Source: Bryobacteraceae bacterium (GTDB lineage: Bacteria; Acidobacteriota; Terriglobia; Bryobacterales; Bryobacteraceae). From it: a stretch of 56,861 nt of DNA. Of this stretch, positions 37,129 through 45,576 are shown piece after piece; the first letter of the stretch is position 1, and each line of letters starts with the position of its first letter. The stretch covers positions 1-56,861 of the forward strand of contig JASHOO010000242.1 of assembly GCA_030041035.1 (NCBI GenBank). Direction: 5' to 3'. A model generated the notes under the pieces. That model saw nothing but the letters and a program-made list of their open reading frames with translations, was not told the DNA's origin and made no database searches. A program made the translations under genes and the position numbers.

Positions 37129-37488
37129 TTACCTTGGTTCCGCGAGCGGCGCCGGGCGCAAGGGCTCGAAGTCGAGACTGGCGTTATAGTGTTCATCCGC
37201 CAGGATTTCCGCATAGCTCTCGCTGGGCAATTGGGATCCGCGTGACCCGGAGATCGAAACCGCAAGCCCCAACAGCAGCGACAAGGCCAGTGCCGCCGTG
37301 GCCAGGTTTCGCGCCAGGCGGCCAAACACCAGCGACATGCCCTGGCGAGCTTCGATCTTCTGCCAGAGCTGCGGCATGAAGGCCGCGCTCGGTTCTATGT
37401 CCGGACAAGCGGCACGGTAGGCCTCAAACAACCGATCAAGGCGCGCTTCGTCGCTTCCCGCTATTTCATTCCGGTGGTCCATATCCAC
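37129..37488 (-). CDS. Putative anti-sigma factor (single-TM membrane protein)
   Basis: 119 aa encoded directly between the ECF sigma and the CpxP-like gene, with one TM segment (ATAALALSLLLGLAVSI). Confidence 0.6.
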   Translation of the reverse strand: MDMDHRNEIAGSDEARLDRLFEAYRAACPDIEPSAAFMPQLWQKIEARQGMSLVFGRLARNLATAALALSLLLGLAVSISGSRGSQLPSESYAEILADEHYNASLDFEPLRPAPLAEPR

Positions 37489-37491
37489 CCT

Positions 37492-38082
37492 CTACCGCAA
37501 ACTGCTCACCCCGGCCGCCTGCTTGTGCGCCGCAGTGAACGCCTTGAGCACGCGCTGGCGGGCGCGAAACAACCGCACCTTGAGCGCGTTCTCTTTCACA
37601 TGATAAATCTCTCCCAACTCTTTCAGGGAGAGCCCCTCGACTTCCTTCAACGTGAGAAGCACGCGATCCTCCTCCGATACACGATCAAGCAAGGCATCCA
37701 CGGCTTCCCGGATCCGCTTCTTCTGCGATTCATCGCGATCGATCTTCTCACCGGCTACGGCGTCAGCCAACAACACCTGCTGCTCGGAGAGATCGGCCAT
37801 CCGCGACTCCATCCGGCGGCGGCGTTTCCGAAGATAATCGTACGCCGCGTTTGCCGTCAGCCGGTAGAGCCAAGGCTCAAAGACCTCCGCCGAGCGGAGC
37901 TGATCGAGAGAGTAATAAAGCCGGAGGAAAACCTCCTGACCCACATCCTCCACGTCTTCCGGACGCCCGATCAGGCGGGCGATAGTGCCCAGAATCCGCT
38001 TGCGGTAGGCCGCCACCAACTGGTTGAAGGCCGGCCCATCGCCCTCCCGCGCACGTCGAATCAGCTCGTAGTCAACCAACAT
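37492..38082 (-). CDS. ECF (group IV sigma-70) RNA polymerase sigma factor
   Basis: Region 2 (FNQLVAAYRKRILGTIARLIG...VGQEVFLRLY...WLYRLTANAAYDYLRKRRR) and region 4 (LTLKEVEGLSLKELGEIYHVKENALKVRLFRARQ). Confidence 0.9.
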   Translation of the reverse strand: MLVDYELIRRAREGDGPAFNQLVAAYRKRILGTIARLIGRPEDVEDVGQEVFLRLYYSLDQLRSAEVFEPWLYRLTANAAYDYLRKRRRRMESRMADLSEQQVLLADAVAGEKIDRDESQKKRIREAVDALLDRVSEEDRVLLTLKEVEGLSLKELGEIYHVKENALKVRLFRARQRVLKAFTAAHKQAAGVSSLR

Positions 38083-38304
38083 GCCGAAAAACCACGCCCG
38101 GCATGGAAGCCGCCCGAAGGCTTCGTACCATTAGGCGTGGCGGTGAAACTCCAGGTTACCAGGGAGGCGGGGGGAACGCTATGTGCCAGAAGATATAAGG
38201 GGTTCCGTTCTTCGACGAGCGACAGAAGTTCATCGAGGAGCCGCTGCCGCAAGTCCGGCCTCTTGTGCCGGGCGTTTCCACGCGAACTTTTCTCTTGCAG
38301 ATTA

Positions 38305-38318
38305 ACTACTTCTGTAGT
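38305..38318. promoter_or_regulatory. Candidate BlaI-family operator palindrome ACTAC-TTCT-GTAGT
   Basis: Five-bp inverted arms lie 30 nt upstream of the blaI-like ATG, and a further TGTAGT half-site lies at 38334-38339. BlaI/MecI/CopY operators are TAC...GTA-type palindromes. Confidence 0.3.
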
Positions 38319-38347
38319 AGATTGAATGACGAATGTAGTCAAATGCC

Positions 38348-38734
38348 ATGCCACTACCAAAACTGAGCAAGCTGGAGCTGCAGATCATGGAGGTGCTGTG
38401 GCAACGCGGGCCGTGTTCGGTGCGGGAGATTCAGGAATCGTTTCCGGCAAGGAAAAGACCGGCCTACACCACGGTGCAAACGATGGTTTACCGTCTGGAG
38501 GTCAAGAAGGCGGTGCGCCGGACGAAGAAGATCGCGACAGCACTGATTTTTGAAGCTGCGGTGTCGCGGGAAGCGGCGGAGCGGCGGCTGATTGACGATC
38601 TGCTGAGCGTGTTCGGAGGCAAGAGCCGGCCAATCATGGCGCACCTGATTGAATCGGGTGCGCTGACTCTCGAGGACGTGCGCGAGGCAGAACAGGCTTT
38701 ATTAAAGATCGCCGGAGAGGAGAAATCCGAGTGA
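38348..38734 (+). CDS. BlaI/MecI/CopY family transcriptional repressor
   Basis: LSKLELQIMEVLWQRGPCSVREIQESF...AYTTVQTMVYRLEVKKAVRR is a winged-helix penicillinase-repressor pattern. Confidence 0.9.
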   Translation: MPLPKLSKLELQIMEVLWQRGPCSVREIQESFPARKRPAYTTVQTMVYRLEVKKAVRRTKKIATALIFEAAVSREAAERRLIDDLLSVFGGKSRPIMAHLIESGALTLEDVREAEQALLKIAGEEKSE

Positions 38735-40536
38735 ACATGGCCGATTTGACGTCGATTGCCAATCACGTGTGGCAATCGACGCTGTTTGCGGGTCTGGCGG
38801 GATTGCTGACGCTGGCGTTCCGGAAGAACCGTGCACGCGTGCGCTACGGGATCTGGCTTGCGGCGTCGTGCAAATTTTTTGTTCCGCTTTCCTGGCTCAT
38901 TGCGCTTGGCGGGCTGGTGCGATGGCGCACGGCGGTGGAGGGGGCGTCTCCGAACATTGCGTTTGTCGTCGAGACGACGCAGCAATTTGCCGCTCCGGTT
39001 GTCTCGGCGCACCCGCTGGCAACGCCATCGCATTCCATGATGCCGACCGTAATTTTCGTCATATGGGTGTGCGGATTTGTGGGGATCTCCTGCGCGTGGT
39101 GGATTCGATGGAGGCGCATCCGGGCGATGGTTCGCAATGGTCCACCAGTGCAAGTGGCGATTCCCATACCGGCCATTTGCTCTCGGGCTCAGGCGGAGCC
39201 GGGGGTGTTTGGACTTCTCCATCCTGTCCTGATTTTGCCTGAAGGCATCTGCGAGCGCTTGGCGCCAAAGCAACTCCGGGCAGTGATCGCGCATGAGATG
39301 TGCCACATTCGGCACCGCGACAATCTGACCGCAGCTTTGCATATGGTGGTGGAGACGGTGTTTTGGTTCCATCCGCTCGTCTGGTGGATCGGGAAACGGA
39401 TGGTGGAAGAGCGCGAGCGGGCGTGCGACGAAGAGGTGCTGCGCATGGAGCACGAACCGCGAACCTACGCCGATGCAATCCTGCGTGTGTGCAGGCTGTA
39501 CGTGGAATCGCCGCTCGAGTGCGTGTCGGGAGTGGCGGGGGCAAATCTCAAGAGACGGATTGAGTCGATCATCAGGAATCGGCATATGGTTGAACTGAAT
39601 TTTCGGAAAAAACTCGCGCTGGGAATAGCCGGTATGACGGCGCTGCTGACGCCTGTCGGCATCGGCATGCTGAACTTGCACCAAGCCGGGGCTCAACAGG
39701 TTCCGGACTGGCAGACGAAGGCGGGAGGCAAAATGGCATTCGAAGTGGCCTCCATAAAATTGAGCCAGGGAAAGTTTACACCGCCGAACCTCAACGACCT
39801 GAGCAACACGGACTCGCAGGAACATACGGGAGGCTACTTCAGAGCAGATTTCCCGCTGTGGACGTACATCACGTTTGCATATAAGATTTGGCCGACCGCA
39901 AAGCAGAGGCAGGAGACACTGGCGCATTTACCGAAGTGGATTGAAACGGACCGTTATACAATCGAGGCGCGGGCGCCGGGCGATCCGACTAAGGATCAGA
40001 TGCGTTTAATGATGCAGGCCTTGCTCGCCGATCGTTTTCAGTTGGCGGCTCACTTCGAGAGCAAAGAGCTACCTGTTTTTGCGCTGGTACCTGTGAAAGC
40101 AGGCAAGCTTGGGCCGAATCTACTGCGACACACGGATGGCGCCCCATGCGACACCCCTCCTAGTGAGTTCGGCCAGAGATATGCGGACTATCCGGCCAGG
40201 TGCGATTCCGTCGAGCTAAATCAGAAGGCGGGGGCTGCGCGGCTCGGTTCGCGCGATGCCACGCTGAATATACTGGCAAGTGCTGTTGCGAATTTTGTGG
40301 GCGAGGGTCGCCCTGTGATTGACAAAACAGGGCTCAGCGGCCGCTTTGATTTCACCATGAAATGGATGGTGGAGTCCGGAGGCCAGCCGCAGCCTGATCT
40401 CGCGTCTATGCCGCCGGATGCCGAGCCATCGGCGTTGCAGGCTTTGCGCAACCAACTTGGGTTAAGACTGGAATCAACGAAGGCGTTAGTCCGAACACTT
40501 GTTATCGACAGGGTGGAGAGACCATCGGAGAATTGA
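38731..40536 (+). CDS. BlaR1-type M56 family peptidase sensor fused to TIGR03435-like C-terminal domain
   Basis: The N-terminal TM region carries the zinc motif AVIAHEMCHIRHRDN. The C-terminal ~270 aa (AFEVASIKLSQ...ALPVFALVP...LVIDRVERPSEN) resembles the acidobacterial soil-associated TIGR03435 domain. The start is either GTG 38731 (GTGA overlap with blaI) or ATG 38737. Confidence 0.85.
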   Translation: MNMADLTSIANHVWQSTLFAGLAGLLTLAFRKNRARVRYGIWLAASCKFFVPLSWLIALGGLVRWRTAVEGASPNIAFVVETTQQFAAPVVSAHPLATPSHSMMPTVIFVIWVCGFVGISCAWWIRWRRIRAMVRNGPPVQVAIPIPAICSRAQAEPGVFGLLHPVLILPEGICERLAPKQLRAVIAHEMCHIRHRDNLTAALHMVVETVFWFHPLVWWIGKRMVEERERACDEEVLRMEHEPRTYADAILRVCRLYVESPLECVSGVAGANLKRRIESIIRNRHMVELNFRKKLALGIAGMTALLTPVGIGMLNLHQAGAQQVPDWQTKAGGKMAFEVASIKLSQGKFTPPNLNDLSNTDSQEHTGGYFRADFPLWTYITFAYKIWPTAKQRQETLAHLPKWIETDRYTIEARAPGDPTKDQMRLMMQALLADRFQLAAHFESKELPVFALVPVKAGKLGPNLLRHTDGAPCDTPPSEFGQRYADYPARCDSVELNQKAGAARLGSRDATLNILASAVANFVGEGRPVIDKTGLSGRFDFTMKWMVESGGQPQPDLASMPPDAEPSALQALRNQLGLRLESTKALVRTLVIDRVERPSEN

Positions 40537-40797
40537 GTGCAGAGGCCGGGCGTGCCCCAGGCGTGCCTCGCCCCGATAACGCGTGCGACGTACCCGGGTG
40601 AGGCTCGTAGCGCGTGCCGAGTTTTTCCATGACATGGCGCGAGGCGAGATTATCGGAGTGGGCGACCACACGTGGCCGTCGCTGATGTAGCGCATGACTT
40701 CGGGATCGGCGGCGACGGGTTTGAGCGAGAGCCAGTCGGATTCGCGCCAGGCGGAGAGTTCGAGGCGCTGGGTTTGCATAGAAACAAGGCCGGGCAT
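40502..40797 (-). pseudogene. Degraded GNAT (RimJ/RimL-type) N-acetyltransferase remnant
   Basis: One frame reads MQTQRLELSAWRESDWLSLKPVAADPEVMRYISDG, a GNAT N-terminus. A second frame continues VVAHSDNLASRHVMEKLGTRYE, a GNAT C-terminal motif. The acetyl-CoA-binding core is absent and the total span is only about 300 nt. Confidence 0.5.
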
Positions 40798-40806
40798 GCC
40801 GGGCCA

Positions 40807-43470
40807 CTACTCATAGCGAAGGGCGGCCATGGGGTCGAGCCGGGAGGCGCGGCGCGCGGGGAGGTAGCTGCCGAGGGCGGCGACGGCCGTGAGCAGGAGT
40901 GTTGCGGCGAGGAGGGTGACCGGGTCATAAGGCTTCAATCCAAACAGCAGCGACGCGGCGGTGCGGCCCAGGGCCAGAGAACCGATCGCGCCGATGACCA
41001 CGCCCACGAGAACCAGGAGCGCAGCATCCTTCATGATGAGCCCGACGACCTCGCTACGAGTGGCGCCGAGGGCCATGCGGATGCCGATTTCATTGCGGCG
41101 GCGCACGACGACATAAGCGATGACGCCGTAGAGGCCGATGGTGGCGAGCAGGGCGGCGAGCGCGCCGAAGAATCCAGAGAGCGCGGCCATGAGGCGCTCG
41201 GGGACCATCGTGTCATCGATCTGCTGCTGAAAAATGCCAGAGTCCATGTGTAATCCCGGGTGCGCGGCAGTGAGGCGCCGTTTGATGGTGGAGCCGAGCG
41301 CGGCGAGGGGCGCGGAAGAGCGGATGTACATCTGGGACGATGGCCCGGGTTCGGGAAACTGGTCGGCGGGAGCATAGCAGATTGGCGGATTTTCGCTGCG
41401 CAAATCGTAATACTTCGTGTCTTTGATGACGCCGACGATCTGATACTCGGTCGCGGGATAGTTGGGCTCGGGCGCAGTGCGCAATGTCCGGCCGATGGGA
41501 CCGGCGCCGGCGAAAAAGCGGCGCACGAAGGCCTGATTGACGATGGCCACCTTGGGGGATGTTTCCGTATCGTTCGCATTGAAATCGCGGCCGGCGAGGA
41601 TGGGTGTCTCAAGCGTGCGGAAATGGCCGGGACTGACCCAGGTAAACCTGGCGCCATCATCGACACTGCCGGCGTGAACGCCGAAGCCCCAACTGCCGCC
41701 ACCGATCAGAATCTGGGTCGAGGAGGCGGCCGATTCAACCTGCGGGATGTTGCGGACCTCTTCGAGCAACTGGCGCTGAAGCGGTTTGACTTGAGCTTGC
41801 GGAAGCTGGAGGTGACTCATATCGAAGAAGGCCAGCAGGATTCCTTTAGTGCGGAAGCCGGGATCGAGGGTAGCGAGGTTCCGGAAGCTTTCGACAAATA
41901 AGAGCGCGCCAATGACGAGCACCAGTGAAACCGAGATCTGGACGACGACCAGGAAGCGCTGGAAGGAGAAACGGTCGCGGCCCTCGGTGAGGCGACCGCC
42001 GGACTTGATGGCTTCGCCGGGATCGGTTTGTGAAGCGCGAACAGCGGGCGCGAGGCCGAACAGGATGCAGGCGAGCGTGGCAACGGCAGCGGTGAAGAAG
42101 AGCATGCGCCAGTCGACGAAAAGGTCCAGATCCGGGGAATAGTCGTGAGTGGTCAGGAACCAAAGGATGGTCTTGCTGAGCGCACCTGCAAGAGCCAGAC
42201 CCATGGCCGCGCCGATGCAGGCGAGCATCAGGCTTTCACAGAGAGACTGGCGGATGAGCCTGGCGCGGGAGGCACCAAGGGCGAGACGCACGGCGAACTC
42301 ACGGTGGCGGGCGCCAGCGCGGGCAAGCATGAGGTTGCCAAGGTTGGCGCAGGCGATGAGCAGGACCATGCCGGTGATTCCGAGCAGGAGCCAGAGCGAG
42401 GTATCGTACTGATCGCGCAGTTCGCTGATGCCGTTCGCCGCGGGCACGGCTTCCAGCCGGAATTTCTTGTAGGTTTCGAGGGCGCCCGAGGAATATCCGG
42501 AAGGAAGAGTCGCCTCCACCATTCCGGGACTCGCGGCAGCGAGCCGGCTGGAGGCTTGCGCGATGTTCAGTCCCGGTTTGAGGCGGCCCATGATCACGAG
42601 CCAGAATAAATCGCGACGCGACTCCGGCCCCGGCGACGCGCACATGGGCAGGGCGACGTCGAACTTCTCGCCGACCTCGAGGCCCGAGAATCGTGGCGGT
42701 GTCACGCCAATCACCTGGAACGGGCGGTCGTTGACCAGAATTTTGGCGCCGATGACCGAAGCCTGGCCGGCAAACTCGCTTTGCCAGAACGCGTAACTCA
42801 GGACGGCGGCGGGAAAGGTGCAGCCCGGCTGATCGTCGCCGGAGGAGATCAATCGGCCCAACGCGGGTGACATTTCGAGGCTTGTGAAGAAATCGCCGCT
42901 GACGCGCAGACGGTGTACGCGGCGCGAACGGGTACCCTGGCCGATCTGCACGCCATCTGCGCTCCAGCCAAACACGCCGTAGAAGGCTTCGTGGTGGAGG
43001 CGAAGCTGTTCGAGAAACGGATAAGTCAGATCGTTGAAGTTGTCGGTGATACCGAAGCCGCCGTTTCCGCCGTGGATCTGGATGCGGGCCAACTGCCGCG
43101 GGTTGGGCACGGGCAGGCTGCGCAGGCGAACGGCGTCGAGAAGCTGGAAGATGGCGGTGTTGGCGCCGATGCCGAGAGCGAGCGTGCCGATGGCGGCCAG
43201 CGCAAACGCAGGGCTTTTGCGCAGCACGCGCAGAGAGAGGCGGAAGTCGCGCCAGGCGGTGTCGAGCCAGGCGGTGCCACGCACGTCGCGGCATTCCTCC
43301 TTCACCACTTCGAGTCCGCCTAACTCCAAACGGGTGCGGCGGCGGGCTTCAGTTTCGGTCATGCCGGCGCGGAGATTGTCGGCTACGCGGGAGTCAAAGT
43401 GAAAGCGCAGTTCGCGATCGAGCTGATCTTCCAGTTCATCTCTTTTCCAGAGACGCCGCCACCAGTTCAT
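40807..43470 (-). CDS. ADOP-family duplicated MacB/FtsX-type ABC permease (no adjacent ATPase)
   Basis: 887 aa, starting MNWWRRLWKRDELEDQLDRELRFHFD... then RDFRLSLRVLRKSPAFAL. It has two FtsX halves and ends ...RASRLDPMAALRYE. AAGGAGA is the SD. Confidence 0.85.
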   Translation of the reverse strand: MNWWRRLWKRDELEDQLDRELRFHFDSRVADNLRAGMTETEARRRTRLELGGLEVVKEECRDVRGTAWLDTAWRDFRLSLRVLRKSPAFALAAIGTLALGIGANTAIFQLLDAVRLRSLPVPNPRQLARIQIHGGNGGFGITDNFNDLTYPFLEQLRLHHEAFYGVFGWSADGVQIGQGTRSRRVHRLRVSGDFFTSLEMSPALGRLISSGDDQPGCTFPAAVLSYAFWQSEFAGQASVIGAKILVNDRPFQVIGVTPPRFSGLEVGEKFDVALPMCASPGPESRRDLFWLVIMGRLKPGLNIAQASSRLAAASPGMVEATLPSGYSSGALETYKKFRLEAVPAANGISELRDQYDTSLWLLLGITGMVLLIACANLGNLMLARAGARHREFAVRLALGASRARLIRQSLCESLMLACIGAAMGLALAGALSKTILWFLTTHDYSPDLDLFVDWRMLFFTAAVATLACILFGLAPAVRASQTDPGEAIKSGGRLTEGRDRFSFQRFLVVVQISVSLVLVIGALLFVESFRNLATLDPGFRTKGILLAFFDMSHLQLPQAQVKPLQRQLLEEVRNIPQVESAASSTQILIGGGSWGFGVHAGSVDDGARFTWVSPGHFRTLETPILAGRDFNANDTETSPKVAIVNQAFVRRFFAGAGPIGRTLRTAPEPNYPATEYQIVGVIKDTKYYDLRSENPPICYAPADQFPEPGPSSQMYIRSSAPLAALGSTIKRRLTAAHPGLHMDSGIFQQQIDDTMVPERLMAALSGFFGALAALLATIGLYGVIAYVVVRRRNEIGIRMALGATRSEVVGLIMKDAALLVLVGVVIGAIGSLALGRTAASLLFGLKPYDPVTLLAATLLLTAVAALGSYLPARRASRLDPMAALRYE

Positions 43471-43613
43471 TGCGAATCTCCTTGGGCCGGAGCGAGGCCG
43501 CGCATGGGAACCGAATACCTTGAGCTTCTACATATCATACGCCGGAAACGGGAAGAGGTTACGGAACAATCTGGAACGATGTTAGCTGGACGTGTCCGGC
43601 ATGCCCGCCACTA

Positions 43614-44120
43614 CTAGTGAGCGGCGACTTCTTCGGCTTCGTGGGCGACGATGGTGGGATCCACTCGTGTGGGAAACGGCACAAGCATGTCTTCTTTGCG
43701 CTTAATGAGGGTGGAGGTGTTGTAGCTGGAGACTTCGAAGCCGTGGCCGTGAGTGATGGCGTCGGTGGGGCAGGCTTCCACGCAATATCCGCAAAAGATG
43801 CAGCGGTTGTAATCGATGTTATAGACCTTGGCGTAGCGCTCGCCGCCCGAGATGCGCACCGTCTCGGTGTTCTCGGCGGCCTCAATGTAGATGCAGTTCG
43901 AGGGGCATGCCGCGGCACAGAGAAAGCAGGCCACGCATTTTTCGAGGCCGTTTTCATCGCGCTGGAGCACATGGACGCCGCGGAAGCGCTCTTCGAACTT
44001 GGGCGGCTCATCGGGATAATTTTCGGTGACCGTAGGAGACATCATCTCCTTGAAGGTCACGCCCATCCCTTTGGCAATCGCCGAAGCCGATTGAATCAAT
44101 TCCTCAAGAGGATTGGCCAT
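43614..44120 (-). CDS. nuoI: NADH-quinone oxidoreductase subunit I (2x[4Fe-4S]), stand-alone
   Basis: TENYPDEPPKFEERFRGVHVLQRDENGLEKCVACFLCAAACP...YNIDYNRCIFCGYCVEACPTDAI is a full-length NuoI pattern. No other nuo genes flank it. Confidence 0.85.
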   Translation of the reverse strand: MANPLEELIQSASAIAKGMGVTFKEMMSPTVTENYPDEPPKFEERFRGVHVLQRDENGLEKCVACFLCAAACPSNCIYIEAAENTETVRISGGERYAKVYNIDYNRCIFCGYCVEACPTDAITHGHGFEVSSYNTSTLIKRKEDMLVPFPTRVDPTIVAHEAEEVAAH

Positions 44121-44169
44121 CTAGTTTTATCTTATCGTGGCGCCCGACCGGAGCCTAGTTCTTGGAGCC

Positions 44170-44718
44170 TCAGCCGGATTTCGCTTCCGCGACCTTCTCA
44201 TCCGGTTGGAACGGTTTGGCACCCAGTTTTTCGCCGAGCGCTTCCAGATCTTTCCGGCTGAATCCGATGCTGGACCACGAGATGTTGCCGTCGCGGCCGA
44301 TCAGAAACATGGAAGGCACGTGCGAGAGGCCGTAGGCGTTGCTGGCCGGGTAACCGAAGCGGGAGCTATCGAGCAGCGTCGGCATGGTAATGCCGAATTC
44401 GTGATGAAATTCACGAGTAGCGTCAGCTTCGTCCTGCGAAACGGCGAACATACTGGTGCCGCGCGGCTGAGCGCGAAACATGCGCTCGAGAAAGGGAAGG
44501 GTGTACTGGCAGGTGGGGCAGGAAACCTTGAAGAAGGCGAGGAAGACCGGGCCGGTTTTGAGCAGCTCGCCGAGGGTCTTCTCGCCGCCCGACAAATCCT
44601 CCAAGCGGAAATCGGGAGCGTGCGCTCCGGCGGTGAGGGTCTCATTTTCCCGAGTGGAAGCCATAAACTTAGTGTAAATAGCGGACGCGGCCTGGCGCAA
44701 AGCGCGGGCGGGGTTCAA
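44170..44718 (-). CDS. Thioredoxin-fold redoxin (TlpA/peroxiredoxin-like, CPTC)
   Basis: APDFRLEDLSGGEKTL...VFLAFFKVSCPTCQYTLPFL...VPSMFLIGRDGNI. The start is ambiguous between TTG 44718 and ATG 44664. Confidence 0.75.
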   Translation of the reverse strand: MNPARALRQAASAIYTKFMASTRENETLTAGAHAPDFRLEDLSGGEKTLGELLKTGPVFLAFFKVSCPTCQYTLPFLERMFRAQPRGTSMFAVSQDEADATREFHHEFGITMPTLLDSSRFGYPASNAYGLSHVPSMFLIGRDGNISWSSIGFSRKDLEALGEKLGAKPFQPDEKVAEAKSG

Positions 44719-44720
44719 GG

Positions 44721-45125
44721 TTACTCTTCCTTCTGCTGCTGGACGAAGCTGAGAATGTCGAAGCGTTTGAGTTCACGGTCGGGGAAGAAGCTGTTGATGG
44801 CGTTCTGCTCATCATCGAAGACCTCGAAGATGGTGGTGAGCTTGGTCATGACGAGCAGCTCGATGCCGCGGCGGCTGAGGTTGAGCAGCTTGATTTTCCC
44901 GCCGGCGCGCTGGAGCGAGGTGAAGCTCATGACGAGCGCGCCGAGGCCGGTGCTATCGATGTAATCCACGTCCTGGAGGTTCAGAATGATACTCGTGCGG
45001 CCGGAATTGACGAGCTTCTGCACGCGGTCTCGAAAGGTGGCGACTTCGCCGCCCACGGTGAGGCGGCCTTTCAGATCGAGAATGACGATGCCCTCGCGCT
45101 CGCGTTGCTGGATCTCGAGGCTCAT
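44721..45125 (-). CDS. STAS-domain anti-sigma-factor antagonist (SpoIIAA-like)
   Basis: IVILDLKGRLTVGGEV...IILNLQDVDYIDSTGLGALV (the conserved phosphorylatable Ser context DSTGLG). Confidence 0.85.
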   Translation of the reverse strand: MSLEIQQREREGIVILDLKGRLTVGGEVATFRDRVQKLVNSGRTSIILNLQDVDYIDSTGLGALVMSFTSLQRAGGKIKLLNLSRRGIELLVMTKLTTIFEVFDDEQNAINSFFPDRELKRFDILSFVQQQKEE

Positions 45126-45150
45126 GGATAGTGTGGCCGGGCGGCGTGAA

Positions 45151-45498
45151 CTAGACGGTCATCTTGACGCCGAGTTGGGCCTCGACATTCTCGATGGGCA
45201 CCATTTCGATGGCATCCCAGGGGCAGCCATCGAGGAACGCGCCGTCCGGGCCTTTGCTGGTGCATTTCTTGCAGCCGATGCAGAGGTAGGGATCGACCTC
45301 GATGTGGCCGAAGGGCGGATGGTCCTCGTCGGGGACCCAGTACATGCAGTCGGCGACGGGGCAATAGGGCACGCAGGCGGGCGAACCCGCGCAGCCGGTG
45401 CAGCACTCGGTGATGATGGCCAGCTCTTTGGGGCGCTTTTTGCGAGGGGTGGCAATACCCTCGGACTTGGGCTCCATTTTGACGACTTCAGCCAGCAT
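45151..45498 (-). CDS. 4Fe-4S dicluster ferredoxin-like protein
   Basis: CCTGCAGSPACVPYCP and CIGCKKC...GCP cysteine clusters. The start is set to the internal ATG (MLAEVVKMEPK...). The longer track ORF has an R/P-rich implausible N-terminus that overlaps the divergent gene. Confidence 0.75.
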   Translation of the reverse strand: MLAEVVKMEPKSEGIATPRKKRPKELAIITECCTGCAGSPACVPYCPVADCMYWVPDEDHPPFGHIEVDPYLCIGCKKCTSKGPDGAFLDGCPWDAIEMVPIENVEAQLGVKMTV

Positions 45499-45576
45499 GA
45501 GGGGATTATGACATAAACAGCGAAGGGCGTGCCAGCCGCCTGCCCGAGGTATCCTCGAACATAAGGACGGCTTCGG

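Noticed and set aside
38488-39927. 479-aa minus-strand ORF overlapping the BlaR1-like gene.
   Set aside because: Its composition is Arg/Pro/His-rich and it has no motifs. It lies fully antisense to a gene with clear M56 and TIGR03435-like motifs, so it is a typical high-GC shadow ORF.
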